A DNA stretch of 64,000 bases from assembly GCA_017515985.1 (NCBI GenBank), contig JAFWDV010000018.1, forward strand, positions 39,091 to 103,090, written 5' to 3'. Each line of letters begins with the position of its first letter. Within the stretch, counting starts at the first letter, position 1. Positions 46,013 to 59,235 of this stretch are shown piece after piece. Source of the stretch: Clostridia bacterium. Lineage in GTDB: Bacteria > Bacillota > Clostridia > TANB77 > CAG-508. A model generated the notes under the pieces. The model worked only from the letters and a program-made list of their open reading frames with translations. It made no database searches and was not told the origin of the DNA. A program made the position numbers and the translations under genes.

Positions 46013-47017
46013 TTGTTGGATGACAGAAAAAAACGTATTTTACAAGCGATAGTTGATGAATATGTAAATACAGCAGAGCCTGTAAGTTCTGGTAGTATTT
46101 CTAAAAAGAAAGGTTTAGATTTTAGTAGTGCTACAATAAGAAATGAAATGTCTGAGCTTGAAAAAAGCGGGTATTTGGAAAAAACGCATACATCAAGTGG
46201 ACGTGTTCCATCTGCCAAAGGATATAGAATGTATGTGGATGAACTGTTAAAAGAAGACAATATTAGTTTAGATGAAATTAAATTTATAAAAGAAAAATTG
46301 CAGACGAAAGTGAATCAGATAGAGGATTTGATGAAAATTGCTACAAATACTTTGTCAGAAGTTACACATTATACTACGGTTGCAATTGGTCCTAAGGTAA
46401 CAAAGCAAATCATACAAGAGATTAAATTTGTTTTATTAGGAAATAGAATGCTAATGGCTGTAATACTTACAAATACTGGAATGGTAAGGGAAACAATAAT
46501 TAATTTTGAAGAAGACATTTATGAAGATCAAATTCAAACTATTAACGTTCTATTTAATAGTAAATTAAAAGGAAAACCGTTCGATAGCATAAATGAACCA
46601 TTGGAAGATTTTATTTTCACCGAGATGGAATCAAGTGCAAATATGATAAAAACAATTATTGAGCAACTGAATAAAGTAATATATGAAGAATCTAAACTTT
46701 ATTTAGAAGGAACCAATAAATCCTTTGAACTTCCGGAGCTTGAAAAAGCTGAAACAGCTAAGAACTTTATAAATATTTTAGAAAATAAAGCTGAAGTTGT
46801 TGATTTACTAGATAATGAGATTTCAAAAGACATAAGTGTATATATTGGCGATGAACTTGACGATGAAAATCTTAAGGATTTTAGCATAATTACACTTAAA
46901 GGTGAAGGCAAAGGAATGGGAACTATAGGTATAATCGGACCTAAAAGAATGAATTATTCTAAAGTTATTTCAGTTATGAGATATATTCAGAAATTAATAG
47001 ATGAAGGAGGGTTATAA
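46013..47017 (+). CDS. hrcA: Heat-inducible transcription repressor HrcA
   Basis: RKKRILQAIVDEYV...; TTG start after AAGGTGA, downstream of CIRCE. The track ORF starting at 45947 overlaps the promoter and CIRCE. Confidence 0.8.
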   Translation: MLDDRKKRILQAIVDEYVNTAEPVSSGSISKKKGLDFSSATIRNEMSELEKSGYLEKTHTSSGRVPSAKGYRMYVDELLKEDNISLDEIKFIKEKLQTKVNQIEDLMKIATNTLSEVTHYTTVAIGPKVTKQIIQEIKFVLLGNRMLMAVILTNTGMVRETIINFEEDIYEDQIQTINVLFNSKLKGKPFDSINEPLEDFIFTEMESSANMIKTIIEQLNKVIYEESKLYLEGTNKSFELPELEKAETAKNFINILENKAEVVDLLDNEISKDISVYIGDELDDENLKDFSIITLKGEGKGMGTIGIIGPKRMNYSKVISVMRYIQKLIDEGGL

Positions 47018-47538
47018 TGGACGAATTAGATCAAGATAAGGACATCGAGCTTGATGAAGAAAGTGCTGAAATACAGAAGCAAGAGCTTGAAAAGATAAAG
47101 GTTCTTATCGAAACACAAAAGCAAGAAATAGAAGAAAAAGATGATAGAATAAAAAGATTAATGGCTGAGTTTGAAAATTTCAAAAAAAGAAGCAGCAAAG
47201 AAAGAGAGAATCTATATGGCTCTATAATGGGTGATGTTATAACATCATTTTTGCCAATATTAGATAACTTAGAAAAAGCTGTTCAAACTAAAACTGCAGA
47301 TGAGGAATATAGACAAGGAATTGAAATGGTTTTAAAACAATTAAAAGATGTTTTAGAATCAAATGGTGTAAAAGAAATCGAATCTGTGGGAAAAACTTTT
47401 AATCCTGAATTACATGAAGCAATTACGTCAGTTACTGATGATAGCTTAGGAGTTCAAGAAATAAAGGAAGAATACAGAAAAGGATATATGATAGGAGATA
47501 AGGTTATAAGACATTCTCTTGTTGTAGTTGCAAATTAG
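47017..47538 (+). CDS. grpE: Nucleotide exchange factor GrpE
   Basis: Coiled-coil N-terminus, LMAEFENFKKR... Confidence 0.85.
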   Translation: MDELDQDKDIELDEESAEIQKQELEKIKVLIETQKQEIEEKDDRIKRLMAEFENFKKRSSKERENLYGSIMGDVITSFLPILDNLEKAVQTKTADEEYRQGIEMVLKQLKDVLESNGVKEIESVGKTFNPELHEAITSVTDDSLGVQEIKEEYRKGYMIGDKVIRHSLVVVAN

Positions 47539-47659
47539 TTATTACCTAATAGTTTTCTATTAGCTGATATAAAAACAAAAGAAAAGTAAAAATTAGTAGT
47601 AGACAACAAATATATGGGATATACTCAAAAATTAAGCATATATAATAAACTTAAAAAAT

Positions 47660-47678
47660 GAGTCCGTCCCCAAATTTA
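47660..47678. repeat. GGGACGG repeat, half copy 6
   Basis: GAGTCCGTCCCCAAATTT. Confidence 0.4.
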
Positions 47679-47679
47679 A

Positions 47680-49548
<1,869 letters not shown>

Positions 49549-49568
49549 TAATGTAAGGAAGTGGGACT

Positions 49569-49612
49569 CATAAGGGACATCTCTAAGTAAGTCCCACTTT
49601 TTAAAATAATAC
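49569..49612 (+). terminator. Hairpin terminator/attenuator between dnaK and dnaJ
   Basis: Stem AGTGGGACT...AGTCCCACT followed by T5. Confidence 0.5.
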
Positions 49613-49631
49613 ATAGAAAGGAATTGTTTAA

Positions 49632-50777
49632 ATGTCACAGAAAAGAGATTATTATGAAGTACTTGGAGTAAGCAAAACAGCAACTGATGATGAATTAAAG
49701 AAGGCATTTAGAAAGTTGGCTAAACAATACCATCCAGATGCTAATCCAGATAATAAGGAAGAAGCTGAAAAGAAATTCAAAGAAATAAACGAAGCATATG
49801 AGACATTATCAGATCCTCAAAAAAGAAAAATGTATGACCAATTTGGTCCTGATGGTCCAGCAGGTTTCGGTGGTGGAAACGCTGGTGGCTATTACTCATC
49901 AGGTTTTGAAGGGTTCTCAGATTTTGGTGACCTAGGCGATATATTCTCTTCATTCTTCGGAGGAGGTTTTGGAGGAAGAAGTTCAAGAAGAAGTAATAAC
50001 GGACCTGTTAGAGGTGCGGATATAAAAAATGTTATTGAGATTTCTTTTGAAGATGCATTCTTGGGAGTAGAAAAAGAAGTTGTTATTACAAGAAGTGAAA
50101 CGTGTACAACATGTGGAGGTAATGGCGCAAAACCTGGAACGGTAATAGATAAATGTACAGTTTGTAATGGAACAGGTCAAGTTAGACAGATTCAAAATAC
50201 TATACTTGGACAAATGCAAACAACTAGAACCTGTGGTACATGTAATGGTACAGGAAAAGTTATTAAGCAACCTTGCGATATTTGTAAGGGTAAAGGAAAA
50301 ATAAGAAAACAGGCTAGAATTAAAGTTAAAATTCCTGCTGGAATAGATGATAACCAGACAATAGTATTACGTGGCGAGGGTGAATCAGGCTCAAGAGGCG
50401 GAGCAAAAGGTGATTTATATATTGTTGTTAGAGTTAAGAGACATAGTATTTTTACTAGAAATGGAAATGATGTAAACTGTGTGGTTCCAATAACATTTAC
50501 TCAAGCAACACTTGGTGCAGATTTGGAAATACCAATGGTTGATGGAACAAAGGAAATATATAGAGTTCCTGAAGGAACACAAACTGGATCTAAATTCACT
50601 ATTAAAGCAAAAGGATTCAAGAGCGTTAATTCTTCAAGTCAGGGAAATTTTGTATTTACTGTTCAAGTCCAAGTTCCTAAACATTTAACTAAGGAACAAC
50701 GCGATTTGCTAACACAATTAGCTAAAACAATGAATGAGCAACCACCTATTAAGAAAAAGAATATATTTGGATTTTAA
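49632..50777 (+). CDS. dnaJ: Chaperone DnaJ
   Basis: J-domain HPD. G/F region. Four CxxCxGxG zinc fingers. Confidence 0.9.
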   Translation: MSQKRDYYEVLGVSKTATDDELKKAFRKLAKQYHPDANPDNKEEAEKKFKEINEAYETLSDPQKRKMYDQFGPDGPAGFGGGNAGGYYSSGFEGFSDFGDLGDIFSSFFGGGFGGRSSRRSNNGPVRGADIKNVIEISFEDAFLGVEKEVVITRSETCTTCGGNGAKPGTVIDKCTVCNGTGQVRQIQNTILGQMQTTRTCGTCNGTGKVIKQPCDICKGKGKIRKQARIKVKIPAGIDDNQTIVLRGEGESGSRGGAKGDLYIVVRVKRHSIFTRNGNDVNCVVPITFTQATLGADLEIPMVDGTKEIYRVPEGTQTGSKFTIKAKGFKSVNSSSQGNFVFTVQVQVPKHLTKEQRDLLTQLAKTMNEQPPIKKKNIFGF

Positions 50778-50920
50778 TTTTAATAAGATAAAAAGAGCTC
50801 CGATATATAGTGCCGAAGCTCTTTTTGGATTATAGGAAAATTTAATGGAAAATGCTAGACTTTTTAGAGTTTTTGGAATAAAATTAACCCAGAAATAGTA
50901 CAGATGAGGAGGACTTTTTT

Positions 50921-51451
50921 ATGAATATATGGCATGACATAAACGGAGAAAGAATTAAGAAAGATGATTTTGTTTGTGTAATAGAAATTCAAAAAAATGG
51001 AAGAAACAAGTATGAGTTAGATAAAGAAACAGGTATGTTAAAGCTCGATAGAGTTTTATATACAGCAACTCATTATCCTGCAAATTATGGATTTATACCA
51101 AGAACATATGCAGGAGATGGAGATCCACTAGATGTCGTAGTTATATGCCATGAGGAGATTGTTCCACTTACTTTGGTTGAAGCATATCCAATTGGAGTAT
51201 TAAAAATGAATGATGGTGGAGAGGAAGATGAAAAAATTATCTGTATTCCTGTAAATGATCCATACCTAAATGGATTTAAGGATATTACGGAAATTCCATC
51301 ACAATTATTAGATGAAATAATGCATTTCTTTGAGGTATATAAACAGCTTGAAGGAAAGCAAACGTCAGTTGATAAAATGCTTGGAAGATCAGAAGCAGAA
51401 AATATTGTTGAAAAATGTATTAATAATTATAAAGAAAAATTTGAAAGATAG
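50921..51451 (+). CDS. ppa: Inorganic pyrophosphatase (family I)
   Basis: NYGFIPRTYAGDGDPLDVVV. Confidence 0.85.
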   Translation: MNIWHDINGERIKKDDFVCVIEIQKNGRNKYELDKETGMLKLDRVLYTATHYPANYGFIPRTYAGDGDPLDVVVICHEEIVPLTLVEAYPIGVLKMNDGGEEDEKIICIPVNDPYLNGFKDITEIPSQLLDEIMHFFEVYKQLEGKQTSVDKMLGRSEAENIVEKCINNYKEKFER

Positions 51452-51465
51452 GAGAGCAAAAATCT

Positions 51466-52653
51466 ATGTTAGAAAAGGTAACCTTCTTTATATTTGCCTT
51501 TATAATGTTTATGATTTTGTTTTTCAAATTAATCAGAAAAAAAGATTCTATATACATATATTTAGTGGCTCTTAATTTAGTAGGTATACTTATTAGATTT
51601 GTTGAGCTATCAAATAAACTGGAGTTTAATTTTATATTAGTCTCTGTGTGTTATATAATTTCTGTCATAATTCCTTTTATTATTATAGTGTTAGAGCTTA
51701 AAAAAATATTTATACCAGAAATGATTGCGACAGCAAAAGCTAAAATGTTTTTAAAGCTAGGGGATAATGAAAAAGCAAGAAAAATATTGATTAAATTTAT
51801 TGAAAAACATCCTGATAGTTGTTTATCACATAAACTTTTAGCGGATATTTATGAAAAAGAGGGCAAGCTTGAAGCAGCAATTGATGAATATGTTTTGGTA
51901 GTTGATCTTAATAAAAAAGACTACGATTCATATTATGAAATAGCGTTGCTTCTTAATAGAACTGAAAAAAGTGAAGAAGCACAAAAAATGCTTGAGAGCT
52001 TATTAGAGAAAAAGCCTGAATACTATAAGGCATCAGAGCTACTTGGTGAAATACTATATGACCAAGATAAATTTAAAGAAGCTGCTACAGTATATTTACA
52101 GGCATTAAAATATAACCCTGATAGATTTGAATTGTATTATGGATTAGGTATGGCATATACTAGACTTAATGACTTTCAAACAGCGAAAGAATATTATGAA
52201 AAAGCAGCAAAGATTAACTCTATGTTATTCCATGCAAAAGTTAATATAGCACAGATATTATTAATAGCAGGTGAGATTGAAGAGGCAGAAGAGCGCTTTA
52301 TTGAATGCTTAGAAAATAAGGAGTCTGAGCCTGATGCATATTTTTATTTAGCTATAATAGCAATGCTAAAAGGTGAAGTTGATAAGGCAGTTAGCTACGT
52401 AAATATCGCAATAGAGCTTGATAAAAGAATGTACAAAAGAGTATGCAGACAGGGTATTTTTGCACCTATTATGGATCAGGTTAGAAAAGATAAATCTAGA
52501 AATCATAAATATTATTTAACTAATCAAGAATTCAAAACAAGAAGATATCTAGATGAAACTATATCACTTATAAACAGTATGAAATCGGATGGAAAAAAAC
52601 GAGATGCAAAGGGCGATGGAAAAATAATAGAAATAAATGAAAGAGAATTTTAA
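51466..52653 (+). CDS. TPR-repeat membrane protein
   Basis: N-terminal TM helices followed by multiple TPR-like repeats. Confidence 0.55.
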   Translation: MLEKVTFFIFAFIMFMILFFKLIRKKDSIYIYLVALNLVGILIRFVELSNKLEFNFILVSVCYIISVIIPFIIIVLELKKIFIPEMIATAKAKMFLKLGDNEKARKILIKFIEKHPDSCLSHKLLADIYEKEGKLEAAIDEYVLVVDLNKKDYDSYYEIALLLNRTEKSEEAQKMLESLLEKKPEYYKASELLGEILYDQDKFKEAATVYLQALKYNPDRFELYYGLGMAYTRLNDFQTAKEYYEKAAKINSMLFHAKVNIAQILLIAGEIEEAEERFIECLENKESEPDAYFYLAIIAMLKGEVDKAVSYVNIAIELDKRMYKRVCRQGIFAPIMDQVRKDKSRNHKYYLTNQEFKTRRYLDETISLINSMKSDGKKRDAKGDGKIIEINEREF

Positions 52654-52783
52654 AAATACAATAGATATATTTGATGTGAACTTTTATAGTTCATATCGAA
52701 TATATTTTTTTTTGCACAAGGTGTCGGAATATAATTATTTTAATATAATAAAGTATCAATAATTTTGTAGTTTAGGAGGTTTT

Positions 52784-53602
52784 ATGAAAAGTATTTTATT
52801 TATTGGTGGGGATAAAAGAAATCTGTATTTATCGAAGTTATATCATAAAGAATTAAGAGCTTATACTTATCTATTGGATAATAATGATGGAGATTTAAAA
52901 TCGTGTATAGATATGAGTCAATACATCGTTTTGCCAATACCATTTTCTATTGATGATCTAAATGTTTATAGCCCACTGAGTGCAGAAAATTTAAAAATTG
53001 AAGAATTAATAAAAAATCTTAAAGGTAAAACTATTATATGTGGTGGGCTAAAGCAAAGTTATGTAGAGATTTTTGAAAAAAATAATAATAGAATTATTGA
53101 TGTTATGAAATATGAAGAATTAGCTTTAAATAATGCGATACCAACGGCAGAAGGAATTATTAAAATAATTATTGAAAATACCGAAATAACTATCGATAAC
53201 AGCAATATTGCTATTATTGGTTTTGGAAGAGTTGGTAAAAAAGTAGCTTCTATGTTAAATGCATTAAATGCTAATATATATGCATATGACATAAAAAAAG
53301 ATGAGGTTGCAAATATTGCTTTTTGCGGTTATAATGTATTAAAAGATATTGGCAGAAGTGTAGCTAAAATGGACGTTATCATTAATACAGTACCACAAAA
53401 AATAATTAATGAAGATTGTTTAAAATACATAAATAAAGAAACATTGATTATAGATGTTTCATCAAAACCGGGTGGTGTTGATTTGAATTATGCTAGTAAA
53501 AATGGATTTAACGTAATTCATGCTTTAGGCATTCCAGGGAAAATTGCTCCAAAAACTTCTGCGATGTATATAAAAAATGTAATAGATAATATTTTAAAAT
53601 GA
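52784..53602 (+). CDS. dpaA: Dipicolinate synthase subunit A-like NAD(P)-binding protein
   Basis: GFGRVGKKVASML Rossmann motif. DpaA-like N-terminus. Confidence 0.5.
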   Translation: MKSILFIGGDKRNLYLSKLYHKELRAYTYLLDNNDGDLKSCIDMSQYIVLPIPFSIDDLNVYSPLSAENLKIEELIKNLKGKTIICGGLKQSYVEIFEKNNNRIIDVMKYEELALNNAIPTAEGIIKIIIENTEITIDNSNIAIIGFGRVGKKVASMLNALNANIYAYDIKKDEVANIAFCGYNVLKDIGRSVAKMDVIINTVPQKIINEDCLKYINKETLIIDVSSKPGGVDLNYASKNGFNVIHALGIPGKIAPKTSAMYIKNVIDNILK

Positions 53603-53612
53603 GGTGTAAAAA

Positions 53613-53804
53613 ATGTTTAAAAGTGAAAAAGGTAATACCTACATAAACTGGGTAATATGGATTTTAGCTCTTTTGATATTAGCTGGAATCACAATTAGGG
53701 TTTTAGTAGGTGAAGATGGTTTAATTAACCAAAAGAGAGAAGAAATGGTTAGAAAAAATTCAGAAAAAAATATAGTAATTGAATTAACAAATAGTGTTGA
53801 ATAG
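53613..53804 (+). CDS. Small membrane protein (63 aa)
   Basis: Single TM helix with RBS. No family recognised. Confidence 0.3.
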   Translation: MFKSEKGNTYINWVIWILALLILAGITIRVLVGEDGLINQKREEMVRKNSEKNIVIELTNSVE

Positions 53805-53819
53805 TAAAGGACGGTACAT

Positions 53820-54722
53820 ATGAATATTGGAATAGACATAGGAGGAAGCCATATAGGTATTGGCGTGGTTGATTCTAATGGAAATATTAAGAAGAGGAAA
53901 GATATTTATATTGGATTAAAAGAAAAAACTAAAATTAGAAAATATATTTTAGAAGAAATAGTTAAAACTATAGATGAGTGGTGTGGTGACAAAGGAAAGG
54001 TTAGAAAAATTGGAATTGCAGCACCAGGAATAATAATGAACGGAAATATAAAATATAGTGTTAACTTAGGTTTATCTAATTATGACTTAAAGAAATTATT
54101 ATTAAAACATTATCCAAATGCAAACATAAGGCTAAAAAACGATGCGAAGTGTGCTGCACTTGCTGAGAAAAATTTGGGTGCACTAAAGAATCACGATAAT
54201 AGCGTTTTTATTTGTTTGGGAACAGGAATTGGTGGAGCATTTTTTTATAATGGTAGATTAATTTCACCTAGAAGAGGGTCTGGTGCAGAATTTGGACATA
54301 TGATAATAAAAAGAAATGGCAGAGCGTGCCGTTGCGGAAATAGAGGCTGTTTTGAACAATACGGATCTATGCGCGTATTCAAAAGCAGAATAAAATCATG
54401 CTTAAATTTGTCTCCAAGAATTGAAGGGGAGAAGCTAAGAAAAGCGATAGAAGATAACATAGATAATAAAGATGTAAAGAGAATAATTGATACATATTTA
54501 GATGATGTGTGTTTGGGTCTTTCTAATATTGTTAATATTTTGGAGCCAGATACTATATGTATTGGTGGTGGTTTCTCAAAGTATGAAGAGCTTTTATTAG
54601 ACTTGCTAAAAGAGCGATTTAAAAAAGCTAAATATTTATTTTATAAGAAAAATGTTCCTAATATAGTAGTTGCAAAATTGGGAAACAATGCAGGAATTAT
54701 TGGTGCGGCTTTATACATATGA
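53820..54722 (+). CDS. ROK-family sugar kinase (glucokinase-like)
   Basis: GIDIGGSHIGIGVVD. Zinc motif CRCGNRGCFEQY. Confidence 0.75.
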   Translation: MNIGIDIGGSHIGIGVVDSNGNIKKRKDIYIGLKEKTKIRKYILEEIVKTIDEWCGDKGKVRKIGIAAPGIIMNGNIKYSVNLGLSNYDLKKLLLKHYPNANIRLKNDAKCAALAEKNLGALKNHDNSVFICLGTGIGGAFFYNGRLISPRRGSGAEFGHMIIKRNGRACRCGNRGCFEQYGSMRVFKSRIKSCLNLSPRIEGEKLRKAIEDNIDNKDVKRIIDTYLDDVCLGLSNIVNILEPDTICIGGGFSKYEELLLDLLKERFKKAKYLFYKKNVPNIVVAKLGNNAGIIGAALYI

Positions 54723-54730
54723 TAAAAACA

Positions 54731-54774
54731 ATTTTGGGGACGGAGGAAAAAATTTTCCTCTGTCCTCAAAATTT
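54731..54774. repeat. Palindromic GGGACGG intergenic repeat, copy 7
   Basis: ATTTTGGGGACGGAGGAAAAAATTTTCCTCTGTCCTCAAAATTT. Lies between convergent genes. Confidence 0.65.
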
Positions 54775-56256
54775 CTATAAGATAATGCAGATTAAACCTC
54801 CACTTCCTTCATTGATGATTCTTTCTAAGGTTTCTTGTAATTTTCCTTGGGCTTCTTCTGGCATGTGATATAGTTTGCTTTGTAGGCCTTCATTCACAAG
54901 TTCATGCAAGCTTTTTCCAAAAATGTTTGATTCCCATATTTTTTGTGGTTCATTTTCAAATTCTGAAAGTAAGTAGTTTACGAGCTCTTCAGATTGTCTT
55001 TCACTTCCAACAATAGGAGATACTTCTGTTTCGATATTTGCTCTAATCATGTGTATTGATGGTGCAGTTGCTTTTAGTTTTACTCCAAATCTTGAGCCTT
55101 GTTTTACCATTTCTGGTTCATCTAAAACAAGCTCATCTATTGATGGTGTAACGATTCCATAGCCTTTTGATTTCACTTCTTCAAGTGCATTTGAAATTTT
55201 ATCGTACTCACGTTTAATTCTTGAAAAATTGCTTATGGTTGAGAACAGATCTCCTTCATTTTCTATAGAAACTCCAGTAATTTCTGATAGAATTTTATAA
55301 AATAAATCTTCTAATAGATAAATTACAATGTTTACTTCACCGGTACCAAGTGATATTCCAGCTAATCTGCTTTCTGAAATTATATTAGTATTGTTTAAAG
55401 TTGAAAGCTTATCTGTAGCTTCTTTTAGTATTCTTACATCGGAAAAAGCACTTTTTATTTCTGAATATAATTCAGATTTTAACCAGTGATCAGATTCTAA
55501 ATTATCAACCCATCTTGGAAAGTTTATATTAATTCTTTCAACGGGAAATTCATATAAAATACTACTGAATATTTTGTTTATATCATCTAATGATAAATTT
55601 TCGCAGCTTGCAATGATTACAGGAGTGGAGTATTTTTGCTCTAGTTCGCTTGCTAATCTTTTGGTTTCAATTGCATTTGGGTCTAAACTATTTAAAACTA
55701 TAACAAATGGTTTGTTTAAAGCTTTAAGCTCTGATACAACGCGCTGTTCAGCTTGTATATAATCATTTCGAGGGATGTCTGTTATACTTCCATCAGTAGT
55801 GACTAATATTCCTATAGTAGAATGTTCTTGGATAACCTTTTTTGTACCAATCTCGGCTGCTTGTTCAAATGGCATTTCTTCATCAGACCATGGTGTTTTT
55901 ACCATTCTTGGCATGTCATCTTCAAGATATCCTATTGCATTATTAACCAAATATCCAACGCAGTCCACAAGTCTTGCTTTTAAAGATATTGAATTATCAA
56001 TTTTTATTTCAATTGCTTCGTTTGGAATGAATTTTGGCTCCGTTGTCATTATTGTTTTTCCAGCAGCACTTTGTGGTAGTTCGTCTTTGGCTCTTTCTTG
56101 TTTATAGGTATTATCAATGTTTGGAATTACCAGTAAATCCATAAATTTTTTTATAAAAGTTGATTTGCCAGTTCTAACAGGACCGACGACTCCAACATAA
56201 ATATCACCGTCTGTACGTTTGGCAATATCCTCATATAATTTTAAATTATTTTCCAT
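54775..56256 (-). CDS. spoIVA: Stage IV sporulation protein A (spore coat morphogenetic ATPase)
   Basis: GVVGPVRTGKSTFIKKFMD Walker A. 493 aa. Confidence 0.85.
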   Translation of the reverse strand: MENNLKLYEDIAKRTDGDIYVGVVGPVRTGKSTFIKKFMDLLVIPNIDNTYKQERAKDELPQSAAGKTIMTTEPKFIPNEAIEIKIDNSISLKARLVDCVGYLVNNAIGYLEDDMPRMVKTPWSDEEMPFEQAAEIGTKKVIQEHSTIGILVTTDGSITDIPRNDYIQAEQRVVSELKALNKPFVIVLNSLDPNAIETKRLASELEQKYSTPVIIASCENLSLDDINKIFSSILYEFPVERININFPRWVDNLESDHWLKSELYSEIKSAFSDVRILKEATDKLSTLNNTNIISESRLAGISLGTGEVNIVIYLLEDLFYKILSEITGVSIENEGDLFSTISNFSRIKREYDKISNALEEVKSKGYGIVTPSIDELVLDEPEMVKQGSRFGVKLKATAPSIHMIRANIETEVSPIVGSERQSEELVNYLLSEFENEPQKIWESNIFGKSLHELVNEGLQSKLYHMPEEAQGKLQETLERIINEGSGGLICIIL

Positions 56257-56416
56257 GTAAACCTCCTTCGAAATTGTTGCTAAGTATGGGTATAGAACTT
56301 TAATAAATTATATTAATTGAAACAATATATATGCACTATTTCAAAAAAATAATATTTTATAAAAATCTTGATAAGTACGTGTTTATGTGATATCATAAGT
56401 CCATTGAGGGAGATGA

Positions 56417-57673
56417 ATGAAAGTGGAATTTAACGAAACAATAGAATTATTAAAAGCAAATAATCAAAATGAAATAATTAATTTAATGAGTAATGTTTTT
56501 TCTGAAAAGGAAAATGAAGATATAATAGAACAAATAAAAAGTATTAATTTGGAATCAGTAAAAAAATTATATGAAAACGCAACAAGCATTCCAGAAGTTC
56601 AAGAGAATAAGATAGAGCATATACCATATACTGATTTAAGCTCTTTAACAGAAGAAGAGTTTAATAGCTATAAAAGCAGTGGTGAAGAAATTATCAAAAG
56701 TGGAAAATATGCTGTTATAACAATGGCTGGTGGCCAAGGAACAAGACTTGGACACAAAGGGCCAAAAGGCACATTTAAAATAAACACAATAAATGGGGAA
56801 AAATATCTTTTTCAGGTTATTGTTGAGTCTCTACAAAAAGCAAACAATAAATATAATGTAACAATTCCTTGGTATGTTATGACTAGTGAAGATAATAATG
56901 ATCAAACTATCAGTTTCTTAGAAGAAAATAACTATTTTGGATATGATAAAAATAAGGTTAAATTCTTTAAACAGGGAAAAGTTCCAATGGTAAAAACAGA
57001 TGGAAATATTGTTGTTGATAAGAATAAATTAATAAAGGAAGCATCTGATGGAAATGGAAGTATTTATAAATCACTAAAAAGAGCTGGTTTACTTGAGCAA
57101 ATGAAACAAGATTCTATCGAATGGATTTTTGTTGGTGGTGTAGATAATGTTCTTTTAAGAATAGTTGATCCAATTTTGGTAGGAGTTACTCTTAAAGAGG
57201 GAAATCTTATTTCTTCTAAATCTGTTGTTAAGAGAAATCCAAAGGAAAAAGTAGGAGTATTTTGCAAACTAAACGGAGTTCCAAAAGTTATAGAATATAC
57301 AGAGCTTCCTGAGCAAATGGCTGAGGAGGTAGATGATAACGGACAACTTAAATTCGGAGAAGTTAATATATTAAGTCATTTATTTAATATAAAAGCTTTA
57401 GAAAAATTAGCCGATATTAATTTACCTTATCACACAGCGTTTAAGAAATCTGGTTACTTAGATGCAAGTGGAAATTTTGTGGAAGTAACTGAGCCAAATT
57501 CATATAAATTTGAATCATTTATATTTGATGGATTTAGTTTCTTTGATAATATGAGTGTTTTAAGAGTAAAACGTGAAGAGGAATTTGCTCCAATAAAGAA
57601 TGCTGAGGGAAATGATAGCCCTGAAACAGCAACAAATCTTTACAATGAATTTCATAAAAAATATGATAAATAA
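56417..57673 (+). CDS. UDP-sugar (UDP-GlcNAc / UTP-hexose-1-phosphate) pyrophosphorylase, UAP1-like
   Basis: MAGGQGTRLGHKGPKG nucleotidyltransferase motif. Confidence 0.7.
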   Translation: MKVEFNETIELLKANNQNEIINLMSNVFSEKENEDIIEQIKSINLESVKKLYENATSIPEVQENKIEHIPYTDLSSLTEEEFNSYKSSGEEIIKSGKYAVITMAGGQGTRLGHKGPKGTFKINTINGEKYLFQVIVESLQKANNKYNVTIPWYVMTSEDNNDQTISFLEENNYFGYDKNKVKFFKQGKVPMVKTDGNIVVDKNKLIKEASDGNGSIYKSLKRAGLLEQMKQDSIEWIFVGGVDNVLLRIVDPILVGVTLKEGNLISSKSVVKRNPKEKVGVFCKLNGVPKVIEYTELPEQMAEEVDDNGQLKFGEVNILSHLFNIKALEKLADINLPYHTAFKKSGYLDASGNFVEVTEPNSYKFESFIFDGFSFFDNMSVLRVKREEEFAPIKNAEGNDSPETATNLYNEFHKKYDK

Positions 57674-57725
57674 AGGGAAAGACGAATAATTTTTAATTAT
57701 TCGTCTTTTGTGTTGATTTTAATTT

Positions 57726-58106
57726 TTACATTTGTTCATCGCCAGGCAAGAAATAATCAACAACTCCATAGATTAATGCACCTATTATGGCAGCCATCCA
57801 TGATATAACATATCCAGCTACGAAATATTGTGTTATATATAAGACTACCGCAGATAAAACAAAACCTACAAAACCTTTTCCAAAAGGACTGGCTTTTAGC
57901 CCAGTAAATTTAGCAATCAAAAAGTCTATAATTGTAAGTACAACTGTAGCAATTGCTAATGCCCAAAAGTTACTTATTTGAAATCCCGGTGTAAAAAAGG
58001 CTGTAATTGCTAGTACTATACCAGCTGTAACAAGTCTTCCGATGATTTGCCATATAGTGCTTGAGGAATTTGTTGCCTGACTATTTTCCATATGATTATC
58101 TGACAT
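57726..58106 (-). CDS. Holin-superfamily-IV-like small membrane protein (DUF360/phage holin family)
   Basis: Four predicted TM helices. Start MSDNHMEN after GAGGAGGG. Confidence 0.5.
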   Translation of the reverse strand: MSDNHMENSQATNSSSTIWQIIGRLVTAGIVLAITAFFTPGFQISNFWALAIATVVLTIIDFLIAKFTGLKASPFGKGFVGFVLSAVVLYITQYFVAGYVISWMAAIIGALIYGVVDYFLPGDEQM

Positions 58107-58311
58107 AAAACCCTCCTCATACACGAATTAGCGTGTACTTGAACAATATGTTAAAAATGAATATTTTATTTTAGCATTGTTCGATTATATTATGAACAAA
58201 ATAATATTTATTATACATAATATTTGATTGACATTTTTTTATTTTATATTTATTATTGCTTTATAATAATTGGAATGATAGAATTTAAAAAATATTAAAT
58301 AGGAAGATTTT

Positions 58312-59205
58312 ATGAATTTATTAGAAAAATGCAAATTATGTCCGCATGAGTGCAAAGTAAACAGATCTATTGGTGAAAAGGGAAGATGTAGATGTGATGA
58401 TAAAGTTAAAATTGCTTTAGCATCTATCCATAATTATGAAGAGCCTTGTATTAGTGGAAAAAATGGATCTGGTACAATTTTTTTTACAAATTGCAACTTG
58501 AGCTGTGTATACTGCCAAAATTATGAAATAAGCCAACTTGGCAAAGGCAAAGAAATATCAATAGAGCACTTGGCTGAAATTTTTATTAATCAACAAAATA
58601 AAGGTGTTAATAATATTAATTTAGTTACACCAACTATGTATGTTCCTCAAATAATCGAGGCTATAAAAATTGCAAAAAATATGGGGTTAAAAATTCCAAT
58701 AATATATAATTCTAATGGATATGAAAGTGTTCAAACGCTTAAATTGTTGGAAGGATATATAGATGTTTATTTACCAGATTTAAAATATTATTCTGATGAA
58801 TTATCAAAAAAATATTCAAAAGTTGATAAATATTTTGAAAAGGCAGTGGAAGCTATTAAGGAAATGAAAAGACAAGTTGGTAATCCGGTTTTTGATGAAA
58901 ATGGAATAATACAAAAGGGCGTTATCATTAGACATCTTGTTTTGCCAAATCATATTTTGAATTCGAAAAAAATTCTAAAATACATTAGTGAAAATTTTGA
59001 TGCTGAAACATATGTAAGTGTAATGGCTCAGTATTTTCCAACATATAAGGCAAAGGATTATGAGCAAATTAATAGAAAAATATCAAAAAAGGAATATAAG
59101 GAAATTGAGGAATATTTATACTTATTAAATATGAAGAATGGATATATTCAGGAGCTCGGTGATCATGAGGAAGAATTTGTTCCGGATTTTAATTTATCTG
59201 AATAG
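58312..59205 (+). CDS. Radical SAM protein (PFL-activating-enzyme-like)
   Basis: CNLSCVYCQN CxxxCxxC motif, plus an N-terminal Cys cluster. Confidence 0.7.
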   Translation: MNLLEKCKLCPHECKVNRSIGEKGRCRCDDKVKIALASIHNYEEPCISGKNGSGTIFFTNCNLSCVYCQNYEISQLGKGKEISIEHLAEIFINQQNKGVNNINLVTPTMYVPQIIEAIKIAKNMGLKIPIIYNSNGYESVQTLKLLEGYIDVYLPDLKYYSDELSKKYSKVDKYFEKAVEAIKEMKRQVGNPVFDENGIIQKGVIIRHLVLPNHILNSKKILKYISENFDAETYVSVMAQYFPTYKAKDYEQINRKISKKEYKEIEEYLYLLNMKNGYIQELGDHEEEFVPDFNLSE

Positions 59206-59235
59206 AAGCGGTTAGAGAAAGGAATAGTTGCTAAT

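Noticed and set aside
53613-53804. Possible prepilin/pseudopilin from the hydrophobic N-terminus.
   Set aside because: No G-F-T-L-x-E prepilin peptidase motif. It is only a single TM helix.
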